A DNA stretch of 63,621 nt, filler included, from Thraustochytrium aureum (lineage: Eukaryota): assembly GCA_012862495.1 (NCBI GenBank). It is 7 parts of 6 records of this genome, joined end to end, with 100 filler letters (N's around TTAATTAATTAA, not from the genome) between each part and the next. Parts side by side here need not be neighbours in the genome. Positions count along the whole stretch, not along the records: positions 28,485 to 38,171 come from BLSG01000340.1; positions 38,272 to 41,411 come from BLSG01000342.1; positions 41,512 to 45,250 come from BLSG01000345.1; 4 more parts are not named here. One strand, given 5' to 3'. The notes beneath the pieces were generated by a model. It was not told the origin of the DNA. It searched no databases and worked only from the letters and a program-made list of their open reading frames with translations. Every line of letters begins with the position of its first letter. The first letter of the stretch is position 1. A program made the position numbers and the translations under genes. This document shows, one piece after another, positions 34,101-45,350 of this stretch.

Positions 34101-35131
34101 CCGATCTTCAAGCCATCGGCGCCGAGCTGACGCTTGGGCACCACTGCGTGGATGTTCTCGATGCGCAGTGCCGCGTGCTGAGTCGGCTCGTGTCCACGCT
34201 TCGGAGCGGCGTGGCTGAGTTTGTCCCCCAAGCGGCCTCAGACATGGCGCGATGCTTTGAAGCCACCTCGGACGTCAACTGCCTCAAGGTGCTCTCCGAG
34301 ATAGTTGTCGGCGCAGCCGCTCGCCAACATGCGCAGGTAATCTCCGCCGTGTTGGCCCAGGTGGTGTGGCTTGTTTTCCGCCCGATGAAGAGCGGGGAGG
34401 ACTCGCGCGGCGACTGCTGCGGGCCGCCGTCCTGGCCGCTGGCAGTGGCTCCTCGGTTCAACGTTGCTGTAAACCCAGAGATGCAGTCTCCGGACTTGAA
34501 CCGGCTGTTCTTTCAGCTTTGCCGCCATGCGTTGCGCGAATTCCCCGAGGCCCTCTCGCATAACCGAATAAACGATGGCCAGTGGGGCCACGTCGTTCTT
34601 GCGGAGCTGTGCTTGGTCGGCGCCGTAAAGAGTGTCGGCGCGGGCCTGGGCGGAGCGCGTGGCGTCGGCGCGGCGTGCGCGTTTTTGGCAGCGCTCGTCA
34701 AGCCAGGCCACTCTGCAGATTTGGAGGCGTGTATCGACGCCTACAAGGGCCTCATCCTGGACGTCTGTGTCGGCGTGATGGCCTCGGCCTCGGCCTCCTC
34801 GCACAACGTGCGCTCGACACTGCTCATTGATATCCTCCGGGGTGTTTTGGTCCCGGGTGCCGCCTTCGACCCGCTCGGTTCTCTTGTGGCGATCCTGTCC
34901 CAGCCCCGCTTTGACTCGCTCTCTACGAGGACCCGGGAGGCGGTTTGCTACACACTCCTCTGTCCCCGGCCCGGCCGAGCGGCGCTCAAGGCGAGTATCA
35001 GTGACGCGAGCCTCATGCTGTGCGGCCTCATGCAACCGCTCCAGCACTTTGACTACGCAATTCCACCGCGTGGGGCGCCAGCGCCAAGCATCGCTCACGA
35101 CGAAGCCGCCCACGTCGACATCTTCGCCTAG
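31178..35131 (+). CDS. Importin-beta superfamily HEAT protein (transportin-3/importin-13-like), 5' end in gap; frame change near 33229-33300
   Basis: Leu/Ala helical-repeat composition; ACFDFW, IVRSIWPDL, DMARCFEATSDVNCL, SPDLNRLFFQLC...FPEAL. A 43-bp GT-AG intron (33229-33271) or an indel joins the two ORFs. Confidence 0.6.
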
Positions 35132-35729
35132 CCGGCAACCCAAGAGTCGTGACCTCTTGGCCAAGGGTGGGCGCAGGGCACCTGATGTGGTGGTTTCTGA
35201 GTTCGCCACAGATGTTCGGTGCCAGCACCGCAGGGCTAGCACTCTTTAACCATAAGCGTCGCTTTTCCGCGTCGAGGAAGAGTCGGCCTTGCATGGGGCC
35301 GGGCCGGGCCGGGCCGGGCCGGGCTGGGCTGGGCTGGGCAGACCAGCAACAGACCAAACCTGTCCCGTCTTCTCGGTCCAAACATCGGCTGCGACTTTCG
35401 AAGGCGACAACGCGCACCAAAATAGCCAAAGCTCTCTCCCCTCTCACTCACTGTCTCACCCTCACTCTCTACTGGCGCGACCAGCCCGTCGGGCGCCCAA
35501 CCTGCGCCGAGCGAGGCCATCGCGGCCCAATACACCGTTCAATTCAAAGGCGAAGCGGTGGAATTCTAACCGACCCAGCAGCTCCAACGGCTCTTCTCGA
35601 GCCACGATGTGCTGCAGCGAGTCGCCCATGCATTCGGAGTCAGACCCGGAATTGGAGCAGCGCACAGACAGGCAGCGCGACGGCGGGCAAAAGCACACGG
35701 TAGGCTTGCGATCGATCGCGTCCATCGCC

Positions 35730-37475
35730 ATGGAGGAAACACGGCCAAGTCATGGCGGCCAGCTCGGCGGCGAGGTGGCGGTCTGGGTTGAAAAACGAGA
35801 CGCCAAGACTGGGCGCACATATTGGGGCAATTTGAGGACCAAGGTGAGTTGGTCGATGCTGGAGCGGGCGCAGGAGATGGAGAGCGCGGCGGCTAATGGG
35901 GGGTTGCCTTGAGCGCAGGAGACGACGTGGAAGGAGCCCGAGGCTGTTGCGCGCTGGCGCGCCGACNNNNNNNNNNNNNNNNNNNNNNNNNNNNNNNNNN
36001 NNNNNNNNNNNNNNNNNNNNNNNNNNNNNNNNNNNNNNNNNNNNNNNNNNNNNNNNNNNNNNNNNNNNNNNNNNNNNNNNNNNNNNNNNNNNNNNNNNNN
36101 NNNNNNNNNNNNNNNNNNNNNNNNNNNNNNNNNNNNNNNNNNNNNNNNNNNNNNNNNNNNNNNNNNNNNNNNNNNNNNNNNNNNNNNNNNNNNNNNNNNN
36201 NNNNNNNNNNNNNNNNNNNNNNNNNNNNNNNNNNNNNNNNNNNNNNNNNNNNNNNNNNNNNNNNNNNNNNNNNNNNNNNNNNNNNNNNNNNNNNNNNNNN
36301 NNNNNNNNNNNNNNNNNNNGACCGAAACTCGCACCCCTTCGAGGCCGACGCAAGTTGCTGCAGGTGACGGCGCAGTGTGGGTCGAGTGCTTTGATGCTTC
36401 TCGGGGTCTCAACTATTACTTTTCAAGCGAGACGAAGACGACAACGTGGACCAAGCCTAACAGCGGGCGCATCGTTTCTGCACAAGAGTGGAAGCGGGAG
36501 CAGAGCAAGAGGCGCCAAACCAAAGCGGAGAAAACCAGGCGTGAGGCAAGCGCGCTGCAACTTGGCGTCAACGACGGTGGCGATAGGCCCGCGGAGGAGG
36601 CTGTTGCGCGGGGCCGCTCACAGCGCGAAGAGTCCAACACTACGCAACAGCAACCACCCCAGCTGCAGGATGACGAGGCGGCCACTGCGACCGTCGCTGA
36701 CGACGGTAGCGTTGCAGGATGGGGCGCAATACGACGAGCCAGAGACAGCGGGTACACGAGGACGTACCTGGTATTGAGAGATTCGACCTTGGAGCTGCGC
36801 GGCGCAAGCGGCGGGAGCGGAAGCGTCGACGCGTTTTCGATGGACGCGTTGTCTACGGCATGCCTGTCAGAAGACCCCCTTGGCGCAAGCTATACGTTTG
36901 TCGTCGAGGTCTCGTCTGCCTCTGAAACGTTGTTTCTAGGACTCAACTCGATTGAAGACATGCAGCTCTGGCTTGAAGCCCTGCAGGTCCAGGCGCGCAA
37001 AAGCCGCGTATCCTCAGTGGACTCACTCGCGCCTGGTGGCTCGGTCGCAAGCGAGACGGACCGCCAGACGCGGTCTCGGCGACTAGGGCGAGCGCCGCAC
37101 CGGCACTATTCTTCCGGCGCGCGGTTGCGGGGCGGGTCGCAATTAGTCAGCGAAAGCGACGCGGACGCGCCCATGGCGCCTATTTCAGAGGGACAGGCGG
37201 CCGAGGCTACCCCGAGACGGCTGGGCCGAGCATACAGCTCAGTGGGTGCGCCCCCGGAGACGTTTCAAGCCTGGGCCGCAGAGAACGACTTGACAGAGTA
37301 CTTGAGTCAGTTTGCCGACGCCGGGTTCGACGACCTTGACCTCATCGCGGGCCTGAACGACGACGATCTCAAGGAAATGCTCACTGAACACATCAAGGTG
37401 GACAAACCAGGCAAGCGCATGAAAATGGTTCTCGCCGTCCGCGCGCTGCGCACCAGGATGGGGTTTTCCGGGTAG
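35730..37475 (+). CDS. WW-WW-PH-SAM scaffold protein; intron 35844-35918; internal N gap
   Basis: WW1 WVEKRDAKTGRTYWGNLRTK|ETTWKEP is rebuilt across GTGAGT..GCTAAT..GCAG. WW2 WVECFDASRGLNYYFSSETKTTTWTKP. PH YLVLRDSTL...DMQLWLEALQ. SAM DLTEYLSQFADAGFDDLDLI...KPGKRMKM. Confidence 0.85.
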
Positions 37476-37721
37476 ACGCGTCGCAAGACGCGGCCCAGCG
37501 TAGGTACCTACTTTTTGGGAGCAAGGTGGCGAATTGAGTAAAGAATGTTTTTTGTTTGTTTGTGGTCGGCGACTCCGGCGACAATGACGCGACCCTGACC
37601 GGAGACGACGCTGGATCTCTCTTGATCAAGAGCAGAGCGGGTGAGAGCAATCGACAGTGAAACCCCGCAACAAGCAGTGGTTGCGCTGCTGATCGTGGGC
37701 CTGCTGCGACAAGGGTCTGTC

Positions 37722-38171
37722 TCACTTCTTGACCACTTTGCGCAAGAGGCTCTTGAGATCCATGACCTCGTCGCGGGACATGCCGACCTCAGCTGGATCC
37801 ACATTCGGCGCGCCATGACCCACTCCACCGGAGGGGCTTCGGTAGCCCGGCCCTCCGTGGCCGCCACCACCATAACCCGGCGGACCGCCGTACGACGGAG
37901 GCGCGACGCTCTGGCTTGGGGGGTAACCGCCACGGTCTCCGCCGCCGCCGTAGCCTCCTCCCCTGTCACCGCCGTATCCGCCCCCACGATCACCCCCATA
38001 GCCACCGCCTCGATCGCCTCCATAGCCACCGCCATAGCCGCCTCCTCGATCGCCACCATAGCCGGCTCCGCGATCGCCGCCATACCCTCCACCACGATCG
38101 CCGCCATACGCAGCGCCGCCGCGGTCCGCTCCGCCGTATGCAGGACCTCGGTCAGGTGCGCCGTAGCCGGC
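37722..38171 (-). CDS. C-terminal fragment with GYGGDRGG low-complexity repeats (RGG/YG, likely RNA-binding protein)
   Basis: Uninterrupted 150-codon frame absent from the ORF track: AGYGAPDRG...(GYGGDRGG)n...[19 protein letters not shown]. Confidence 0.75.
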   Translation of the reverse strand, partial: AGYGAPDRGPAYGGADRGGAAYGGDRGGGYGGDRGAGYGGDRGGGYGGGYGGDRGGGYGGDRGGGYGGDRGGGYGGGGDRGGYPPSQSVAPPSYGGPPGYGGGGHGGPGYRSPSGGVGHGAPNVDPAEVGMSRDEVMDLKSLLRKVVKK

Positions 38172-38271
38172 NNNNNNNNNNNNNNNNNNNNNNNNNNNNN
38201 NNNNNNNNNNNNNNNTTAATTAATTAANNNNNNNNNNNNNNNNNNNNNNNNNNNNNNNNNNNNNNNNNNNN
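38172..38271. other. Artificial scaffold linker
   Basis: TTAATTAATTAA at 38216-38227 flanked by 44 N on each side. Confidence 0.97.
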
Positions 38272-41200
38272 CCTGCGTTGCGCTCGCGCTCTTTTGCGCG
38301 CTGCACGGCGTGCGAGAGCAAGTCGTTCAGCTCCCGAAGCTGAGATAAATTTGAGAATATGCTCTCACTCTCGTCGTCCGCCATTTCGTCGTCTCCCGCA
38401 TCCACGGGCTCTGCGTCACCACGAACGAAAGATTCCTCATCGCCAGGTGAAGAATTCTCGCCACCGTCATGGAACGCCACCTCGTTCTCAGGCGCCGATT
38501 CGGTGGGGTGCGATGTTGGTGTAGCAGCAGCACTCTCGAGTCTCTCGTTCCGCGCGATAGCTGTCGCCTTGAGCCGCTGCACATGCCGCAGATGCCAGCC
38601 CCTCAAATTGCTCAGGAGCGTGTCAACGCGTGCGCCTCGCTTGCCGTCCATCTCGTCGTACTTTAGAGCACCGTGACGTGCCTCAAGGACCGCGTTGACG
38701 CGAATGACCTTGCCGTCGACGATGCATTCCGGAAGCGCGGTGCGCGCAAACGTGGCCCAGCGCCGAGCCTTTGGGTGAGTGCTGCAGTCACCAAAGTCGG
38801 CGAGGAGCGTCCCAAGCCAAGCCTCGTACGAGGCCACGGCTGCCCCTGGCTCGCCTTGAGCCAAGGTTTTCAGCTTGGCAATGCCAANNNNNNNNNNNNN
38901 NNNNNNNNNNNNNNNNNNNNNNNNNNNNNNNNNNNNNNNNNNNNNNNNNNNNNNNNNNNNNNNNNNNNNNNNNNNNNNNNNNNNNNNNNNNNNNNNNNNN
39001 NNNNNNNNNNNNNNNNNNNNNNNNNNNNNNNNNNNNNNNNNNNNNNNNNNNNNNNNNNNNNNNNNNNNNNNNNNNNNNNNNNNNNNNNNNNNNNNNNNNN
39101 NNNNNNNNNNNNNNNNNNNNNNNNNNNNNNNNNNNNNNNNNNNNNNNNNNNNNNNNNNNNNNNNNNNNNNNNNNNNNNNNNNNNNNNNNNNNNNNNNNNN
39201 NNNNNNNNNNNNNNNNNNNNNNNNNNNNNNNNNNNNNNNNNNNNNNNNNNNNNNNNNNNNNNNNNNNNNNNNNNNNNNNNNNNNNNNNNNNNNNNNNNNN
39301 NNNNNNNNNNNNNNNNNNNNNNNNNNNNNNNNNNNNNNNNNNNNNNNNNNNNNNNNNNNNNNNNNNNNNNNNNNNNNNNNNNNNNNNNNNNNNNNNNNNN
39401 NNNNNNNNNNNNNNNNNNNNNNNNNNNNNNNNNNNNNNNNNNNNNNNNNNNNNNNNNNNNNNNNNNNNNNNNNNNNNNNNNNNNNNNNNNNNNNNNNNNN
39501 NNNNNNNNNNNNNNNNNNNNNNNNNNNNNNNNNNNNNNNNNNNNNNNNNNNNNNNNNNNNNNNNNNNNNNNNNNNNNNNNNNNNNNNNNNNNNNNNNNNN
39601 NNNNNNNNNNNNNNNNNNNNNNNNNNNNNNNNNNNNNNNNNNTTCGGCGGACGCTCTCCCAGTCCTCGCGGTGTGCCTGAGAGCAGTACCCATTCCGCTT
39701 GCGGAGCGACTGGACTAGGCAGCGAGAATAGGTGTATTGGGCGCCACCGGCAAGGTTGTTTAGGTCGCCAAACTCTTTGTTGAGGCGTGCGAGCACCTGG
39801 TCATCGTCATGACCTTGTTCGAGAAACCTCAAGATCGTGCGCCGGACCACAGCGCTAGAGTGCCTGTAGGATGGTATCCGTGCAACGTCACAGTGGCAAT
39901 GCCGCTTGAACGGGAACACTTGTAGAACCACGCGGCCGGAGACGAACTGAACACAGCGAAACTGTGCGCCACAGCGGGGCAAGCTATCCTTTTCCCCTGG
40001 CTTGCAAGAGCACATGAGCGTCGCGCGATTCGCGGGCTGGCGGGGATTCGGGTCTACATCCTGGCCCATTGCGCTGCTTCTAGGCTCAGACTGAATCGCC
40101 GCCGAGCTTGTCTCTTCTGCCTGACAGAGTGGTTCACGTACGAGGGCAGAACGCACCATCGGCCGTCCTGGTGCAGAGCTTGTCCTCTCCGACTCGCTCG
40201 TCGAGCTCGAGCTGTATGAACCGTCCTCCTGGTTAGGCTCAGGCTCGCTTCCAGTGCCTCGCCCCGAGTGAGGACTAACGCCCTGCCTTGGCCACGCCGC
40301 TGGACAGCCTTGGCCTCGTGCGCTGTCGTCTGGTCTACTGAGAGCTGCTACGCTGTCCCGAACGGGAACGCTGGGATCCAACGCTGCGTCAGCGGCAGAA
40401 CGAGTCGCTGCGTGCGCCAGCGCTGCTTGACTTTTAGCGGAGTGGGTCGTGGACACCACCGGTCGGCTTGAAATGGCGGCGACAATGCCAGAGCGCCTGA
40501 GCTTGGACCGCGTTGCGGGATTCGCTTTTGCTTTCCCTTCGCTTGGTGTGAGGCGCACCTTGAAGTGCTTGCAGACGTTTTTCACGGTGGCTTCGAAGAG
40601 CGCAAAGGCCAGCAGGCCAGAACTCAAGTGCGCTCGCTGGGCCAGAAGCAGCCTGGGGCCCAGAGTGGACGCGTCCAGCGCTGCAACCTCCGACGATGTC
40701 TTGGCGCGGGCGTTTGCGCAATCCAGAATCTCAGCAGACCCTGGCCACGAGATCGCCGCACGCTCGAACTGTACAACTAGCTTCGACCTGACTGCCTCAA
40801 CATCAGGAGCGAGAAAGCCACCGTCGCCAAAGTCGGCCCTTTGCCACTTGCTCCAAAACTCGTCGAGTGCAGAGAATTGCTCAATGGCGCTCGCCTCCAC
40901 GTGCGCAAGAAGCTCTGATGCCGCTGGCCAGCTCGCGTTAGGCGCAGCTGGGCTGGAGGATATGACCTCTTGAAGGAAGAGCCGAATGCGGAATTCCCGC
41001 AACGCGGTAATCGTTTTCCTACGGTCGCAGGTTTCCCGAAACTCATCGCCGACCAGGTCCACGTGAGTGCTACGTGAAAGGCGCTTTTCCAGCCCTCTGT
41101 GGAATTCGCCCGTCAGATTCGAGAGCTTTGCGATGTCCAGCGCTGCCGCCCTGTTGAGCTCTTGCAGGTTCAGTTTCGTAACGCTATGGCCATGGCGGCA

Positions 41201-41411
41201 GCAGTAGGATGTAGTTCGAGCTATCGTCTGCAGAGTTGCAGGCTGGCTCTCTTGGTCGCTTGCTGAGCGGAGGAGAGCTTGGAGTTGCGCCATTGCTTCC
41301 TCAACGATGGTGTGGAGGGACTCCTTCTTCTTGTCCTTTGAGCAGAGTTTGCCAAGCACCGGGAACCTCCCCCCAAAGTTCTCCAACAGCTTGGCCTTGT
41401 TTTTCGCTTCA
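38272..41411 (-). mobile_element. Mutator-like (MULE) transposase gene; DDE core largely hidden in gap 38888-39642
   Basis: WRKY/FAR1-like C..C..HxH (MCSC...RCGAQFRC...KRHCH), an HTH-like RRTILRFLEQG...VLARL and HREDWESV. After the gap, NAVLEARHGALKYDEMDGKRGARVDTLL matches the MULE N..lE..H..LK......RvD.L motif carrying the catalytic Glu. No TIRs visible. Confidence 0.7.
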
Positions 41412-41511
41412 NNNNNNNNNNNNNNNNNNNNNNNNNNNNNNNNNNNNNNNNNNNNTTAATTAATTAANNNNNNNNNNNNNNNNNNNNNNNNNNNNNNNNN
41501 NNNNNNNNNNN
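41412..41511. other. Artificial scaffold linker
   Basis: TTAATTAATTAA at 41456-41467. Confidence 0.97.
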
Positions 41512-41825
41512 GCGCCACGACGAGCTCCTGTTCCCGCAGCGCGTGCGCGGGAGCGGGCGCACCAGGCCGAAGTGGAGCGGCTTGCAACCGACTAGGCTCC
41601 AGCGCACGACTCTAGTAGAGGCTCCAGCTCGCTCGCTGAGCAACGAAAGAGGGCCCGAGCAGGGGAGGCTGCGAGGGAGCGGCAAGTAGAAGAGCGCGGC
41701 GCCGGGCGCCAGCGTGAAGCCGCGAGGAATTTATGAATGCTGGCGCGAGCCATATATGTACCTGCCGCTGCGACTTGGCAGGCTGCCGTCCATCATGATC
41801 TTTTCTAAAGCCTAAGACCCTTGCC

Positions 41826-42446
41826 TTACTGCCCCAAGCCTTTCCTGTACGCACTGGCAGCGGCCGCAGCGCGGGCCGCCTCTCCTTGTGCAGCGCCCGA
41901 CATGGGGGCCTGGCTCCCCGGCTGCGCTGCGACGGGCTCCATCGGCAGCCCGGACTGGGCAGCGATGCCTTCGGGGGGCATGTTGATAATCTCCGGGTCC
42001 GGGTCCCCGACCCGTTGAAAGTACCGCGTCGTCTTGGCCGACCCACCGTTCCCCTTCATCGTCAGTTGCAGGACGGTGCAGAGCGTGGGCTCCCCGGTCT
42101 CCTTGTCGAACTGCACGACGCGCGTATCGAGCAGCCTCCCGCCGCGAAACCTCGTATCGACCACCATCTCGCTCTCATTCACAGTCACCCACACCGTGCG
42201 CTCCCCCATCGACGACAGCTCGGTCGTCTCCTTGCCCACGCTGAGCGCCCTGTACACAATCCCGAGCTGCGACTGCTGCCACACATTGATCCGCGTCGCG
42301 CTCTGCACGATGTGCAGCTTCAAGTTGAGCTTCTCCGAGGCGAGCGCCGCAATCTCGTCGCACCCAAGCAGCTTCATGTGCGGGTACATGCTCTGCGACC
42401 GCTCCTTGTCCAGCTCCCACGCGCCCGTCAGGTCCAGCGTCGACAT
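41826..42446 (-). CDS. FABP/lipocalin (calycin)-like lipid-binding protein
   Basis: MSTLDLTGAWELDKERSQSMYPHMKLLG (GxW plus helix-turn-helix lid), alternating beta strands, and C-terminal TTRYFQRV. Confidence 0.65.
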   Translation of the reverse strand: MSTLDLTGAWELDKERSQSMYPHMKLLGCDEIAALASEKLNLKLHIVQSATRINVWQQSQLGIVYRALSVGKETTELSSMGERTVWVTVNESEMVVDTRFRGGRLLDTRVVQFDKETGEPTLCTVLQLTMKGNGGSAKTTRYFQRVGDPDPEIINMPPEGIAAQSGLPMEPVAAQPGSQAPMSGAAQGEAARAAAAASAYRKGLGQ

Positions 42447-42490
42447 TCTGCCGCCCACTCGACCTCTTCAACCTCGTCAAACCCGTCGCG

Positions 42491-42750
42491 CTCCTCGACC
42501 TGCTCAACCTCCTCGTCACGCTCCTCGAGCCTGACGACTGTGGCACGACGACCTCTTGGACCTCCTCGAGCTCCTCAACCTCCTCGTCACGCTCCTCGAG
42601 CCTGATGACTGGCACGACGACCTCTTGGACCTCCTCGACCTGCTCAACCTCCTCGTCACGCTCCTCGAGCCTGATGACTGTGGCACGACGACCTCTTGGA
42701 CCTCCTCGAGCTCCTCAACCTCCTCGTCGAGCTCCTCGAGCTCCTCGAGC
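42491..42750. repeat. ~70-bp minisatellite, ~3.5 copies
   Basis: Units start at 42491, 42562, 42631 and 42702 (CTCCTCGA...CTCAACCTCCTCGTCACGCTCCTCGAGCCTGA.GACTG(TG)GCACGACGACCTCTTGGAC). Confidence 0.9.
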
Positions 42751-43071
42751 CTGGCTCTGGCCCGTCCGTGGCGTCTGGAGAGCGAGGGCCCGAGCTGGGT
42801 TTATCTGGACGAGGCTTGGACGGTCTGGACGGGATGGGGTTGCCGGGGACGGGATGCGTCGGCCGGGATGCCGATGGCCGGCCGCCTCGCCGCGCGATGC
42901 CCCGTGGCGGCTGCGGCGGTGGGACGCGGGCGGTCTCGTCGCCGTGGCGTGGTTGTCGTGGTTGGCGGTGGTGGTGGTGGTGGTGGTGCGCTTGGGCGTG
43001 CGCGCGACGAGGGCTCCGAGGCGGGGATGCGCGCCGGAGGGCCGCGATGCGAGTCTGGAGGGTGGCAGGCA

Positions 43072-44038
43072 ATGGTTGAAGGACTGGCGTGCGCCGCGGC
43101 TCGCGCTGCGCGCCGCTGGGGCTTGGCGGGAGCGCGCGGTGGGGCGGTAGGGCGGCGATCGAGGAGGCGCGAGGGCTGGGATGGCGCAAGCGCCGGCTGG
43201 ACGCGAGGAAGAGGGGGGTGGCGCAGTGGGCCGGACCGTGCAGGTCGACGACGAGGAGCTGTCCACGATCAGAGTCGGAGACAGCCCGGGGTGCACTCGG
43301 ATCCGGTGAATGACGCCTTGCTCAAGGCGCTCACGGGCCTGGTCGGGCCACGGACCTCGTTTTTTGGACGTCGGGTGCGGGTCCGGGCTGTGGGGCCTCG
43401 CAGCGCGCAAGCTGGGCGCTGCGACTGTGCTGATGACGGACACGCANNNNNNNNNNNNNNNNNNNNNNNNNNNNNNNNNNNNNNNNNNNNNNNNNNNNNN
43501 NNNNNNNNNNNNNNNNNNNNNNNNNNNNNNNNNNNNNNNNNNNNNNNNNNNNNNNNNNNNNNNNNNNNNNNNNNNNNNNNNNNNNNNNNNNNNNNNNNTG
43601 CTTGAACCGGCCCTGTCTTCGGGTCGCATGTTCGACCTTGTTTTTTGCAACCCACCACAGACGGCCGGGCCGCCAGAGTTTGAGCGCCGGCGCCCCGACA
43701 AGTCTGGCGGCCCAGACGGGTCGCGCTACTACCTTCGGCTGCTCGAGGACTGAGGCAAGGTCCTCAATCCAGGCGGCGCGGTCTTGTATTTGCAGGTTTC
43801 CTTGTCGAACACGCGCCGCGTCCGCTCCGCGTTTGAGGCGGCCGGCTTTGACGTCCGCGTGGTTCAGGAGCAGGAGCGCGAGTTTTCGCGGGAGGCCATG
43901 GAGGCGATCTGCCCTGGCTGGTTTGCCCACATGGACCAACTGCGAACGGAGGGCGTCTGCGCATTTGTGGGCGGGCCGGAGAAGTTCTCTTACCGGCAGC
44001 TTGCTGTGCTGGCGACGCAGCGCATTCCGGCCCCCTGA
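43072..44038 (+). CDS. HemK/small-methyltransferase-like class I SAM-dependent methyltransferase with apparent indels and an in-frame TGA (43751-43753)
   Basis: FLDVGCGSGLWG, FDLVFCNPPQ, GGPDG, VLNPGG. Putative intron 43147-43243. Compensating frame changes near 43290 and 43362. Confidence 0.7.
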
Positions 44039-44123
44039 CTCGCCGCGCGGACCCCTCGCTTCGGGCAGGCTCGCCGGTGCGCAGCCAGCGTAAGGACGGA
44101 GTGCGTTCCAACTCAGATTCTAA

Positions 44124-45250
44124 CTACCCTACTTGTTGCTGGCGCAAGTCGACGATCGGCCGCAAGCGCTCGACGTCCGCAGCAAGGCGCTCTTCAGCGG
44201 CCTTGCTTGACTTGGCGAGTTCGACGAGCCGCGACATGACGTCGTCCGCGAGGGCCAGCTCGGCCCGGGACGACTCGGCGCTCGCTGCTTGCGAAAAAAC
44301 GGTTTTACCGCGATAGGCGGCCCCAACCATGATGCGGTGCCTCGCGACCGCGGCGACGATCGAGTCCTGGTGCGCGAGCGCGCGCGGCTGCAGCTCCGAA
44401 AGGACGGATAGCAGGACTTTGAGCGCGGCAGTCCGTATGGGCTCATTCGCGCGTCCTCCAAGCCCGGCGGCATTTACTACGACGGGCATGAGCTCGCCAA
44501 GGTACTGCACAGCATACAGGCCGACGCGTTGGATGAGCGTGTCGATTGCGCCGAGATAGGCGGCCTGGGCCTCCTTTTGCGTCGTGAAAGTTGCCGTGCG
44601 CACCAGGCGCTCGAGGACCTTGTTGTGATTCGTGTGCGGCGGCTTTGCCGGCTCTGACTTGCGCAGCGCCAGCAAGAGCGCTGGAACCGTCTGGGCCAGC
44701 ACGCTTCCATCTCGGGAGGCCAGGACCACAGTCTCGAGTTTCGCGAGCACGAGCGTCTCATACCATCGAAGTTCCGTGTCGGTCATCTGCTCGAGCAGGC
44801 CGCGGAGCAGAGCGCCGCCCAGGCGGCCGATCGGAGCAGCGTGGTGCTCGAGCAGCGGCAGCACCATCGGCAGCACTTGGCCCAAAGCCTCGTCCCCTGC
44901 GAGCTGCTTGCGGGTAGACGCTCCGAGGAGAGCCGCAAGAGCAGCGACTGTCTGCCACTCTGTTTGTTGCCAGCGGCCTGCGCCGAGCCTGGCTCGCAAC
45001 ACTGCCCAGATCCTCTCTGGAGCGGCGGCCCACTTGGGCGACTCGAGCAGCTCGGCGACCGTGCCACCGGTCGCCCCCATCGCCACAAGCAAGCGCCTGG
45101 AAGATCGCGCGCAGCCGTCCGACCGCCACGGAGCAGCGAGTTGGCCTGCCTCGACCCCGAGCGCGAGCCAGCCCGCGGCGGCGACCAGCGCGAGGTCAAG
45201 GACATCGCGGCGCTCCTTGCTGGTCAGGAGCGACTCGAGGATGGATCCCG
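44124..45250 (-). CDS. HEAT-repeat protein, TTI2-like (TTT complex), 5' truncated
   Basis: LPMVLPLLEH...G..LL..LL...ELRWY, LIQRVGLYAVQYLGELMP, AALKVL...QPRALAHQDSIVAAV resemble the Tti2 pattern. Confidence 0.6.
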
Positions 45251-45350
45251 NNNNNNNNNNNNNNNNNNNNNNNNNNNNNNNNNNNNNNNNNNNNTTAATT
45301 AATTAANNNNNNNNNNNNNNNNNNNNNNNNNNNNNNNNNNNNNNNNNNNN
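45251..45350. other. Artificial scaffold linker
   Basis: TTAATTAATTAA at 45295-45306. Confidence 0.97.
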
